Shown: positions 26,959-35,642 of the stretch, one piece after another
Numbering within the stretch: the first letter of the stretch is position 1
Layout: the number at the start of each line of letters is the position of its first letter
Program-made: the position numbers and the translations under genes
The notes under the pieces: generated by a model
Databases searched by the model: none
Seen by the model: only the letters and a program-made list of their open reading frames with translations
What the model was told of the DNA's origin: nothing
Origin: Oscillospiraceae bacterium
GTDB lineage: Bacteria > Bacillota > Clostridia > Oscillospirales > Oscillospiraceae
DNA length: 64,000 bases
Direction: 5' to 3'
Assembly: GCA_045628845.1 (NCBI GenBank)
Contig: JAZQQE010000067.1
Coordinates: 915-64,914, forward strand

Positions 26959-28213
26959 CTTCCGGCAGCTTCTCGACGGAGATGACGACGTCATAGCTGC
27001 CGATGACGCCCACGTCCTCGTACCCGTCGACGTACACCTTGGCGGGCACCTGCTTGTTGCCTGTGTACTCTCCGAGGTCGGCGAGGTCTGCGAATACGCT
27101 GATATTATACGTATCCACGAGCTTTACGACTCCCTCCGGGCCGCGGACCTTGACGTCGAGGAACAGCGTCTTGACCGTCGCCTTATACCCCTCGGTCACG
27201 TTGATGCAGGAGATGTTCTTCGCCTGCACGTGCTTGACCGTCAGCCCGCGGAGGTCGACAGTGACCGTCGCCTCGTTGGTCTTGGAGATGTTTTCGAGCT
27301 CGTTGTTGATCTTTATCTGATACGTCCCGGTATAGGTCGTCTCAAAGTCGGCAAGGTCGACCGCGCCGAGCGTTATCACGTTCAGGCCCTCGAGGATCTC
27401 CGCGTCGCCCGCGAGGGTGATGAACGCCGGCTCGATGTTGATCAACGCGTTGCTCGCCTTCGCGCCGCCGCCGTCTATGACGTCGATGCTGAGCGCGACG
27501 TCCTTATACATCACGATGGGCACTGTGACGTTCACGGTATCGGCGTCGGTGGTTATCTGGTCGGAGACGACGGGATTGTTGTCCTTATCGAGAAGCTCGT
27601 ATTTCTTCGACTCGGTTATGGTCTTGTTGAGGTTTTCGCGCTCGACGATCACGTTGGCGTGGTCTATCTGCGAGATTATCTCCTCGGGACCGCTGACGTT
27701 TATCACCTCGGGCGAGAATTCGAGTTGCTTGACCATGTAGCCCTCGGCGGCGCCTCCGTTGAGTATGCCGTGGACGGGCACGGGCTTGCTGTCAAGCTTC
27801 GCTATCTCGACGGTGATGTATTCCGGGTCCCTGCTGATGATGAGCGCATCCTTCTCGGAGACGTCTTCTGGCAGCGCGATGTTATATATCCTGTCATGCA
27901 CGCCGGTCGAGCGGATATCCGTCAGGTCGACGGTGACCTCGAAGTTCTCCGCCTTCATCTTCGCGTACTGGCTGCGCTTGCAGCGGAGCTCGAGCGTCAC
28001 GCTCTGCGCCTCCTGATCCTTTACGAGCAGCGCCCTGTCCGCAAGGATATCGTCGGCTCCGAGGAAAGTCACGGGTATGTTCGGCACCGTCACGTCTATC
28101 TCGTTGTTCTCGACGTTCACCACGTACAGCCACAGAACTATGGATATCAGAACGGAAACGACGATGAAGAACGCGCGGCTCGTAAGTATCTTATTTGCCT
28201 TTGTTTTTTTCAT
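26939..28213 (-). CDS. cdaR: YbbR-domain protein, c-di-AMP synthase regulator
   Basis: It has an N-terminal TM segment and then repeated YbbR-like units, and it lies immediately downstream of cdaA with a 23-nt overlap. Confidence 0.85.
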   Translation of the reverse strand: MKKTKANKILTSRAFFIVVSVLISIVLWLYVVNVENNEIDVTVPNIPVTFLGADDILADRALLVKDQEAQSVTLELRCKRSQYAKMKAENFEVTVDLTDIRSTGVHDRIYNIALPEDVSEKDALIISRDPEYITVEIAKLDSKPVPVHGILNGGAAEGYMVKQLEFSPEVINVSGPEEIISQIDHANVIVERENLNKTITESKKYELLDKDNNPVVSDQITTDADTVNVTVPIVMYKDVALSIDVIDGGGAKASNALINIEPAFITLAGDAEILEGLNVITLGAVDLADFETTYTGTYQIKINNELENISKTNEATVTVDLRGLTVKHVQAKNISCINVTEGYKATVKTLFLDVKVRGPEGVVKLVDTYNISVFADLADLGEYTGNKQVPAKVYVDGYEDVGVIGSYDVVISVEKLPEDEKEGG

Positions 28214-29057
28214 TTTTCTTCACCCTCGTAATGAGCCTTTTCTTCTTATCCTGCTCGCTCTCGTCGTTGAGAAGCTCGTTGCGGAGCAGCTTTTCGAATA
28301 TCTCCTGCGTCAGGTGCCTTTTGAGCATTCCGTCGACCGCGACCGAAAGGCCTCCCGTCTCCTCCGAGACGACGAGGACGACCGCGTCGCTCGCCTCGCT
28401 CATTCCTATGCCCGCTCTGTGCCTCATTCCGAGGTCGCGGCTGAGGTTCGGATTCTGTGAAAGCGGGAGCATGCAGCCCGCCGCCATTATCCTGCCGTTT
28501 CTGATGACTACCGCGCCGTCATGCAGCGGAGCCTTCGGATAGAAGATGTTTTTCAGCAGCTCCGACTGGACCACGCTGTCTACGACCGTTCCCGTCTTCA
28601 CGACGTCATCGAGATTCACGTTCCGCTCGAATACTATGATGGCGCCCGTCTTCGTGTGAGAGAGGTCCGTGCAGGCGAGCACCGTCTGGTCTATGGCGGA
28701 CTCGAGCTCTCTCGAAACGCCCGCCCTGTTGAATATCGACGTGTACTTGGCGCTGCCGACCTTTTCGAACAGACGCCTGAGTTCCGGCTGGAAGATGACT
28801 ATCAGGGCGAGCAGTCCCAGTTCGACGATCTTGCCCATGAGGTAGCTTACCACCTTGAGCTCGAGCAGTGTCGCCACCCAGAGCACGATTATGACGAGCA
28901 CTATGCCCCTTATGACGCGCGCGCTTCCCGAGCGGGACACCCACGTCATCACCTGGTATACGAGGAACGCCACGATGATTATATCGAGTATGTCCACGAT
29001 GCCGATGGTGCGGATATTGCTCCATATGAAGTTTGCCGCGGTGTTTATGAATTCCAT
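28191..29057 (-). CDS. cdaA: Diadenylate cyclase
   Basis: It has three N-terminal TM helices and a DAC domain (DGAVVIRNGRIMAAGCMLPLS, RHRAGIGMSE). Confidence 0.9.
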   Translation of the reverse strand: MEFINTAANFIWSNIRTIGIVDILDIIIVAFLVYQVMTWVSRSGSARVIRGIVLVIIVLWVATLLELKVVSYLMGKIVELGLLALIVIFQPELRRLFEKVGSAKYTSIFNRAGVSRELESAIDQTVLACTDLSHTKTGAIIVFERNVNLDDVVKTGTVVDSVVQSELLKNIFYPKAPLHDGAVVIRNGRIMAAGCMLPLSQNPNLSRDLGMRHRAGIGMSEASDAVVLVVSEETGGLSVAVDGMLKRHLTQEIFEKLLRNELLNDESEQDKKKRLITRVKKNEKNKGK

Positions 29058-29133
29058 CTTCCCAGCCCCCTAATGCCAGGTTATCTTTTTCTTCTTTATG
29101 TAAACCAAAAGGCGCAGTTGCAGATACTAAATC

Positions 29134-29162
29134 ATTATATAATAGATATTGCTTCTTGGCAA
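29134..29162 (-). promoter_or_regulatory. Candidate sigma-A promoter of cdaA (TTGCCA-17-TATAAT)
   Basis: Read on the minus strand: TTGCCA (29162-29157), a 17-nt spacer and TATAAT (29139-29134). Confidence 0.55.
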
Positions 29163-29230
29163 CACAGAAAATAAAAATTATGAGCCCTCCGTTTTGTTGT
29201 ATTTTACCGATTTTTCCTTCCCTGCAAACA

Positions 29231-29265
29231 CGAAAAACGGATACCGAAAGACCTTCGGTATCCGT
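29231..29265 (-). terminator. Intrinsic terminator after hisC
   Basis: On the minus strand, ACGGATACCGAA-GGTCT-TTCGGTATCCGT is followed by TTTTT. Confidence 0.85.
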
Positions 29266-29280
29266 TCGTCCCGTTTCTTT

Positions 29281-30345
29281 TTATTTTCCGGAGCATATCT
29301 CCGTGAGCGCCTTCACGAGCTCGTCCATCTCCGCGTCCGTCCCTATTGAGATGCGGAGCCTGTCGCTGACTCTCGGGAGGTCCCAGTAGCGCACGAGTAT
29401 CCCCCGCGCGCGGAGCGCGAGGAAGATATCCTTCGCGTTGAGGCCGGGGTGCCTGGCAAAGAGGAAATTGGTCTTTGAGTTCGTCAGCTCGAAGCCGAGC
29501 GCGCGCAAGGCGGCGGCGGTGCGTTCCCTCGTCGCGACTACCCTGGCGCAGCACTCTTCGAAGTATTCCGTGTCGCGTATCGCGGCGGCGGCGCCCGCCT
29601 GCGCGAGACGGTCCATCGTATAGGAGTTGATGCAGTTTTTGACGGTATTCAGCGCGGCGATCAGGTTTTCGTTGCCCATCGCCCAGCCCGCGCGGATGCC
29701 CGCGAGGGAGTGTGCCTTGCTCGTCGTGCGCACGATGAGCAGGTTGTCATAGCGGTCGATGAGGCCCATCGCCGTCTCCGCTCCGAAACTCACGTACGCC
29801 TCGTCTATCAGCACGAGACGGCCCGGGTTTCCCGCAGCGATGCGCTCTATATCGCACAGCGGCAGGGCTTCGCCCGTCGGCGCGTTGGGGTTGGCGAGCA
29901 CAACGCCGCCCGGAGTGTCGATGAATTTTTCGACGGGCACGGTGTAGTCGTCGTTGAGCGGCACGTACTCGATGTTCGTCCCGAACAGCTCCGCGTACAC
30001 CGGGTAGAAGCTGTATCCGACGTCGGGCGTCCTCGCCTTCGCGCCGGAGGCGAAGAACGCGCGGAACGCTATCGCGAGCACCTCGTCGCTTCCGTTTCCG
30101 GCAAAGATGCGGGATACGGGGATGCCCGTGAATTCGGAGATCGCCGCGAGCAGGTCGCTGCTCTCGCCGTCGGGGTACAGACGCAGGTCGGCACCGGCGG
30201 CGTTCTTTATCGCCTCTATCGCCTTCGGAGACGGCGGATAGGGATTTTCGTTCGTATTGAGCTTTATATAGCGCCTGTCCTTCGGCTGCTCGCCCGGGAC
30301 ATAGGGCTTCATGTCAAGCAGATCGGCGCTCCACATTTCTTTCAT
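29281..30345 (-). CDS. hisC: Histidinol-phosphate aminotransferase
   Basis: 354 aa, with the PLP lysine context TSKAHSLAGIRAGW. Confidence 0.85.
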   Translation of the reverse strand: MKEMWSADLLDMKPYVPGEQPKDRRYIKLNTNENPYPPSPKAIEAIKNAAGADLRLYPDGESSDLLAAISEFTGIPVSRIFAGNGSDEVLAIAFRAFFASGAKARTPDVGYSFYPVYAELFGTNIEYVPLNDDYTVPVEKFIDTPGGVVLANPNAPTGEALPLCDIERIAAGNPGRLVLIDEAYVSFGAETAMGLIDRYDNLLIVRTTSKAHSLAGIRAGWAMGNENLIAALNTVKNCINSYTMDRLAQAGAAAAIRDTEYFEECCARVVATRERTAAALRALGFELTNSKTNFLFARHPGLNAKDIFLALRARGILVRYWDLPRVSDRLRISIGTDAEMDELVKALTEICSGK

Positions 30346-30539
30346 TTTTCTTCATTTCCTTCCGTATGCAGCAGCTTTTTTATACTTTTCTCCGCCTTCG
30401 AGCGCGGCACCATGACCTCGTGTCCGCATTCGGTGCACCGAAGCCGGAAGTCCATCCCCACCCGCAGCACGAGCCAGGTGCTCCCGCCGCAGGGATGGGG
30501 CTTTTTCGTTGTTATGACGTCTCCGACACAAACCCGCAT
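30342..30539 (-). CDS. DUF951 family small protein
   Basis: The sequence is GDVITTKKPHPCGGSTWLVLRVGMDFRLRCTECGHEVMVPR. Its stop overlaps the hisC start. Confidence 0.8.
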   Translation of the reverse strand: MRVCVGDVITTKKPHPCGGSTWLVLRVGMDFRLRCTECGHEVMVPRSKAEKSIKKLLHTEGNEEK

Positions 30540-30607
30540 CTCATTCTCCCACGTTTATTTTTCCCTCTCCGCGGGCAAGCTATTTCAAAAAGCCCTTGGA
30601 GGTAATT

Positions 30608-30973
30608 ATGTCAACTTCAATCGATATCTCATTCGAAAGCCGGGACCGCGCCGACCTTGCGATGTCGGCCCTGCGGCACGCCGGTATCGCCTTCCGCGCC
30701 ACGGGCGGCACACGCGGCTCGCGCGCTGCCGCGCGGCGTTCCGCGCCGGTGAGCCCGGAATACTGCGCGAACATGTATTTCCCGCACCCCGCCGCGCTCT
30801 TCACGGGCAGCGGGCAGGACTTCATGAACAACACGCTCGGAAGCCGCGCCATCATCGGAGACTATTCCGCGTTTGACCGCGGCAGCGTACGTCTCCGCGT
30901 CCGCGTGCCGGACGAGCACGCCGAGGACGCCGGACGCATTCTCCGCAATCAGGGCGGGTACGACGCGCATTAG
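30608..30973 (+). CDS. Hypothetical 121-aa protein
   Basis: A GGAGG RBS (30598-30602) lies 5 nt before ATG 30608. Third-codon positions are GC-rich like those of neighbouring genes. I recognised no family. Confidence 0.55.
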   Translation: MSTSIDISFESRDRADLAMSALRHAGIAFRATGGTRGSRAAARRSAPVSPEYCANMYFPHPAALFTGSGQDFMNNTLGSRAIIGDYSAFDRGSVRLRVRVPDEHAEDAGRILRNQGGYDAH

Positions 30974-32238
30974 TCGTCTTTCTTTATCTTCTCCCAGTAC
31001 GCCTTTGCGGCCTGCTCGGTCTTGTTTTCGCCGTACTTGTAGTAAACGGCGTCCTTTATGGCATCGGGCAGGTACTGCTGTTTGACCCAATGGTTCGGGA
31101 AGCTGTGCGGGTACATGTACTTCGCCGCGTCCTTCACCTCCGCGCCGTCGGCGTGGACGTTCTGGAGCCTGCGCGGCACGTCCCCCGTCTTCCCCCTGCG
31201 TATGTCGGCAAGGGCGGCGTCGATGGCGCTCGCGGCGCTGTTTGATTTCGGCGCGGTCGCGAGCAGTATGACCGCCTCGGCGAGCGGGATGCGTGCCTCC
31301 GGCAGTCCGAGCTGAAGGGCGCTGTCCACGCAGGATTTGACGATCGCGGCCGCAGACGGGTACGCGAGGCCGATGTCCTCCGAGGCTATGACGAGGAGGC
31401 GCCTGCACGGCGAGAGCAGATCGCCCGCTTCAAGGAGCCGCGCGAGATAATGGAGGCCCGCGTCGGGATCTGAGCCGCGGATGGACTTCTGCAGAGCCGA
31501 GATGATGTCGAAATGCGCGTCGCCGTCGCGGTCATAGCGCATGGCGCTCTTCTGCGCAACGGCATCAGCGTCGGCGGAGGTGAGCAGGAGCTTACCGTCG
31601 GCACCGGCTCTCGCGCCGTAAAACAAAAGCTCGACCGCGTTCATGGCCTTTCTCACGTCACCGCCGCAGGAGTAGGCTATCTTTTCAACGAGGCCCTCCT
31701 CGGCGCAGACCGTCGCACCCTGCTTTTCCTCCATGTAGGCGATGGCGCGCTCTATCGCGGGGATGGTCTCCTCGGCGGTCACGGCCTTGAATTCGAACAC
31801 CGTGCTCCGGCTGAGGATAGCGTTGTAGACGTAGAAATACGGGTTCTCCGTCGTCGAAGCGACGAGGCTAATCTTCCCGTTTTCGATGTATTCGAGCAGA
31901 GACTGCTGCTGTTTTTTCGAGAAATACTGTATCTCGTCGAGATACAGGAGTATGCCGTTCGGCGCGAGCATGGTGTCGACCTCGCCTATGACGGCCTTGA
32001 TGTCGGATACGCCCGCGGTCGTCGCGTTTATCTTGCGCAGGGCGCGCTGTGTTTTCAGCGCGATTATGCTCGCGACCGTGCTCTTCCCCGTGCCGGAGGG
32101 GCCGTAAAAGATGAGATTCGGCACGTTCCCGCTCTCGATGATGCGGCGGAGCATCCCGTCTTCGCCGAGTATATGCTTTTGTCCGACGACGTCGTCAAGG
32201 CTCTGCGGCCTGAGCTCGTCCGCCAGTGGTCTTATCAT
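30970..32238 (-). CDS. rarA: Replication-associated recombination protein A (AAA+ ATPase)
   Basis: It has FYGPSGTGKST and a MgsA-type C-terminal domain. 422 aa. Confidence 0.9.
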   Translation of the reverse strand: MIRPLADELRPQSLDDVVGQKHILGEDGMLRRIIESGNVPNLIFYGPSGTGKSTVASIIALKTQRALRKINATTAGVSDIKAVIGEVDTMLAPNGILLYLDEIQYFSKKQQQSLLEYIENGKISLVASTTENPYFYVYNAILSRSTVFEFKAVTAEETIPAIERAIAYMEEKQGATVCAEEGLVEKIAYSCGGDVRKAMNAVELLFYGARAGADGKLLLTSADADAVAQKSAMRYDRDGDAHFDIISALQKSIRGSDPDAGLHYLARLLEAGDLLSPCRRLLVIASEDIGLAYPSAAAIVKSCVDSALQLGLPEARIPLAEAVILLATAPKSNSAASAIDAALADIRRGKTGDVPRRLQNVHADGAEVKDAAKYMYPHSFPNHWVKQQYLPDAIKDAVYYKYGENKTEQAAKAYWEKIKKDD

Positions 32239-32314
32239 ATTATGTCAACCTTTCTTCGCTCCGGCAAAGCGCAGCGGATGTGCCCGATACGGGGCTCGAC
32301 ACGGCGGGGAAACG

Positions 32315-32323
32315 TGGTATAAT
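32315..32323 (+). promoter_or_regulatory. Candidate extended -10 promoter (TGgTATAAT) for nth
   Basis: TG at 32315-32316 and TATAAT at 32318-32323, 34 nt before the nth ATG. Confidence 0.45.
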
Positions 32324-32356
32324 GGACGCAGGAACTATCCTACGGAGGGATGACGG

Positions 32357-32983
32357 ATGGATAAGGAACGCGCCGCGCGCATAGTCGCTCTGCTCGCCCG
32401 GGAGTATCCGCAGGCGGAATGCTCTCTTACATACGAAAAGGACTGGCAGCTTCTCTTCGCGACGAGGCTTGCCGCGCAGTGCACCGACGAGCGGGTCAAT
32501 AAGATCACTCCCGCGCTCTTCGGGCGCTGGCCGACTCTTGAGGCGATAGCCGCCGCGGACGATGCCGAGCTCGAGGAGGCCGTGCGCTCATGCGGCTTTT
32601 TCCGCACGAAAGCGAGAGACATAAAGGCCTGCGCCGGAGTCCTGCTTGAGAGGCACGGCGGCGTCGTTCCCGGCACCATGGAGGAGCTTCTCGCTCTCCC
32701 CGGAGTCGGGCGCAAGACCGCGAATCTCATACTCGGTGATATCCACGGACAGCCCGCCATAGTCGCGGACACGCACTCCATCAGGCTCTCGAATAGGCTC
32801 GGGCTCTGCGATACGAAGGACCCGCACGGCGTCGAAAAGGAGCTGCGCGGGCTCATCGAGCCCTCCGAGGGGAACGATTTCTGCCACAGGCTCGTCATGC
32901 ACGGCCGCGCCGTCTGCACGGCGCGCGCGCCCGCGTGCGGCAGGTGCGTGCTGTCGGAGCTCTGCCCGCAGTCTACGCTCTGA
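32357..32983 (+). CDS. nth: Endonuclease III
   Basis: It has the HhH-GPD motif LPGVGRKTANLIL and a C-terminal 4-Cys Fe-S cluster loop. Confidence 0.92.
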   Translation: MDKERAARIVALLAREYPQAECSLTYEKDWQLLFATRLAAQCTDERVNKITPALFGRWPTLEAIAAADDAELEEAVRSCGFFRTKARDIKACAGVLLERHGGVVPGTMEELLALPGVGRKTANLILGDIHGQPAIVADTHSIRLSNRLGLCDTKDPHGVEKELRGLIEPSEGNDFCHRLVMHGRAVCTARAPACGRCVLSELCPQSTL

Positions 32984-33707
32984 GCAGGGCCTCCACCCTT
33001 GCGAGGTCCTCCTCGTTGTTCACTCCGAGGAGCTGGTCGCCGAGAGGCAGAGCGAGCGCTCCGACGGGCAGACCCTCGTTGGCAAGGAGCTCGGGGACGT
33101 CCGTCAGGTAATATTCGCCCTGCGCGTTCTCGTTTCTGAGCTTTCCGAGAGCCTCGAGCATCGGGCCGGCCCTGAACACGTACACGCCGCTGTTGTATTC
33201 GCGGACGAGGTCCTGCTCGGGAGTGCAGTCCTTCTGCTCGACTATGCGCTCGAATTTACCGTCCGCGCCGCGGATTATGCGGCCGAACGCCATTTTTTCA
33301 TCGTAAACGCCTGTCAGTACCGTGCAGGCGTTTTTCTTTTCGCGGTGCTCTGCGACGAGAGCAGCGTATGTCTCGCGCGTGAGCATCGGCATATCGCCGC
33401 AGCAGACGAGCACGTCGGCGTCGGGCGAGGTGAGCTTTTCTCTCGCGCAGGCGAGCGCGTGGCCCGTTCCGAGCTGCTGCTCCTGAACGGCGTACGGATA
33501 TTCGGGGAAAGCCGCGATTATCTGCTCGCGCTTATATCCGACGACGAGCACGGTCTTGTCCCTGTCTATGAAGCCGAGCGCGTCGAGCACGTACGAGAGC
33601 ATGGGCCGGCCGGCCGCGGTGCGCATGACCTTCGGAATGCCGGTACGCTCGGAGCCGAGTCTTTTTCCCATTCCCGCCGCGAGCACGACGGCCATCATAT
33701 CATTCAT
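32973..33707 (-). CDS. Sugar-phosphate nucleotidyltransferase (GlmU N-terminal-domain-like, no acetyltransferase domain)
   Basis: It has VLAAGMGKRL, GTGHA and CGDMP motifs in 244 aa. It converges on nth with an 11-nt overlap. Confidence 0.8.
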   Translation of the reverse strand: MNDMMAVVLAAGMGKRLGSERTGIPKVMRTAAGRPMLSYVLDALGFIDRDKTVLVVGYKREQIIAAFPEYPYAVQEQQLGTGHALACAREKLTSPDADVLVCCGDMPMLTRETYAALVAEHREKKNACTVLTGVYDEKMAFGRIIRGADGKFERIVEQKDCTPEQDLVREYNSGVYVFRAGPMLEALGKLRNENAQGEYYLTDVPELLANEGLPVGALALPLGDQLLGVNNEEDLARVEALLRA

Positions 33708-33719
33708 ACTACGACCTCC

Positions 33720-34826
33720 TCAGCCGAGCTTCGACGTCTCGCGCAGGACGCGCACGTCGAATCTTGCGACTCTGATGAATTCAAGCAGTCTTTCAAGCGT
33801 CGTCTCCGCCTCGTCATCCGTCTCTATGAGCACGGAGACCGCGTTTTCGGCGCTGAGCATGGACGCCATCGCGTCATTGAAGCCGTACCCGCTCTCATCC
33901 GAGCACACGGGGAAGCTGCCGTCGAAGCACAGGCGCAGTCCCTCCTCCGCGGCGGCCTCTCCGTTGCCGTCACGGCAGGCGGCGAGCAGGCTCCGCGTCA
34001 CGGCGTGGCGCAGGAGCGAATCGGACGCGGCGCGCCATGCGGCGGCATCGTCCTCTCCGCGCGAGAGCAGGCCGACCGTATGCCCCTCAACGGCGATACG
34101 GCGCAGTATATCGGGCGAGGAGTCCATTTCCTCCGCAGTGAGGAAGAAGCAGGCGCGCATCTCCGCCCTCGCGAGGCGGTCGAGCATCGCGGGGGTATGC
34201 TCCTCATCCATCCCGCGAATGGCGATAAAGACGCTGACGTCGCCGTAATAGGGTATCTCGGGAGTCGGCGTCGGAGTCGGCTCGACGGAGGGCGTCGGCG
34301 TGGCGAGGGAGCTCTCGTATCTGCTCAGGCGGTTGCGCATGCTCGGGGTCGCGGCGTCGGCAAAGACGGCGTCATCGAGCACGGCTCCGCTCTTTATTCT
34401 GACTATCGGCGCGACGGGCGCGGAGATGTAGCTGTATGAGAAGCCGAAATACACGCACACGAAGTCAACGGGGACGTATATCCTGCCGTAGCGGTAAACG
34501 GGCTTGATATTGCTGTAATAATTGCCCGCCTGGTCCTTCGTCGTCTCGTCGGCGACGCTGAAGGTCAGAGAGTTGCCGTCCTTATACAGGAATATCTGCT
34601 GACGGGCTGACGCCATTACGACGCCGAGCGACGTATTGGCGAATACCGAGCCCGGCACGTAGAGCTTCCCGTCGACGTATTCGGGCTGAGTGTCGGCGGT
34701 GAGCTCGAGGAGCTCGTTGTTGACGGCGGTAAAGGTGACGGCGCGGGCGCGCGGAGCGAGCACGGCAAGCAGCAGCGCCGCACATAGCAGCGCCGCGGCA
34801 GCGGCAGCCGTTATCCTCTTTGCCAT
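33720..34826 (-). CDS. Secreted protein: signal peptide, copper-amine-oxidase-N-like stalk domain, Thr/Pro linker, divergent NodB/polysaccharide-deacetylase-like domain
   Basis: It has a signal-like N-terminus, a stalk-like VNNELLEL...DGKLYVPGSVF segment, a TPTPSVEPTPTPTPE linker and a GHTVGLL region. The domain calls were made by eye only. Confidence 0.5.
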   Translation of the reverse strand: MAKRITAAAAAALLCAALLLAVLAPRARAVTFTAVNNELLELTADTQPEYVDGKLYVPGSVFANTSLGVVMASARQQIFLYKDGNSLTFSVADETTKDQAGNYYSNIKPVYRYGRIYVPVDFVCVYFGFSYSYISAPVAPIVRIKSGAVLDDAVFADAATPSMRNRLSRYESSLATPTPSVEPTPTPTPEIPYYGDVSVFIAIRGMDEEHTPAMLDRLARAEMRACFFLTAEEMDSSPDILRRIAVEGHTVGLLSRGEDDAAAWRAASDSLLRHAVTRSLLAACRDGNGEAAAEEGLRLCFDGSFPVCSDESGYGFNDAMASMLSAENAVSVLIETDDEAETTLERLLEFIRVARFDVRVLRETSKLG

Positions 34827-34848
34827 CCCTTTCGCCTCCCTACGGATA

Positions 34849-35550
34849 TCACTTCAATACGGAAAATATGCTGAACGTCTTTTCGTTTGGCAGATAGAGC
34901 GGAAAGTCCCGCTCCCCCGTTCGGACGAGATTTTTCCCGAGATATTCGTCGACGGCACTGTCCGGCGGGCTGTCGGAATAGGCGCGGGTGAAATCGCGCG
35001 CGTCCTCCATGCTCCTCAGGGGCTGGCCGTATTCTATCGAAACGTCGGTACGCTTATATTCTATACCGAGCTTTGTAAACAATTCTACCGTCGCGGACGC
35101 CGTATCGTCCCTTCTGCCGCGGTATTTTTCCGGGCCGAGCTGTCCCTCCGGCGATGCGTGCACGACCGCGGCGAAGCCCGCTCTTGCAAGCGGGATGTAT
35201 TTCTCCGCAAAGAGTTCCGCCGTGCCGTGGAATACGGCGATGACGTCGTCGAAGCGCTCCGTGACGTCTGCTGCGTCGCAGAGCCTCGTGTCTATATTTT
35301 TTATCCCGCGCTCCGACGCCATTCCGCGAAGGCTCGCGAGCGCCTCCGGGCTTATATCCACGCAGGTCACGCGGCGAAAGCGCCCGGCGAGCTCCATGTC
35401 GATGAGTCCGGTGCCGCAGCCCACGTCCGCGAGATCTCCGCGGCCCGGGAGCAGCCCGAGCAGTATTTCCGCGAGCTTCCGGTGAAAGCCGGTATACGCC
35501 GAGGCGTCGGCAAACCACCGTGCGGTCTTTTCATTCCAGACTATGTTCAT
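34849..35550 (-). CDS. Class I SAM-dependent methyltransferase
   Basis: This is ORF 34849..35586 with the start moved to ATG 35550. It has SAM motif I, LADVGCGTGLI. Confidence 0.8.
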   Translation of the reverse strand: MNIVWNEKTARWFADASAYTGFHRKLAEILLGLLPGRGDLADVGCGTGLIDMELAGRFRRVTCVDISPEALASLRGMASERGIKNIDTRLCDAADVTERFDDVIAVFHGTAELFAEKYIPLARAGFAAVVHASPEGQLGPEKYRGRRDDTASATVELFTKLGIEYKRTDVSIEYGQPLRSMEDARDFTRAYSDSPPDSAVDEYLGKNLVRTGERDFPLYLPNEKTFSIFSVLK

Positions 35551-35579
35551 CCGGTCATCCTCCGCCCGCGCGGTACGTG

Positions 35580-35608
35580 TTGACAAGTACCGCTCCGGGT
35601 GCTACGAT
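35580..35608 (+). promoter_or_regulatory. Candidate promoter of the MATE gene (TTGACA-17-TACGAT)
   Basis: TTGACA at 35580-35585 and TACGAT at 35603-35608. Confidence 0.45.
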
Positions 35609-35642
35609 TTTCTTTGATAAGAAGCAAAAAAGAGGTCCTGTT

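Noticed and set aside
30629-31408. A 259-aa minus-strand ORF overlapping the hypothetical gene at 30608-30973 and the rarA 3' end.
   Set aside because: Its translation is Arg/Gly/Pro-rich, it is out of frame with rarA over the shared part, and it has no RBS. The plus-strand 121-aa ORF has a canonical GGAGG-N5-ATG and is the better model.
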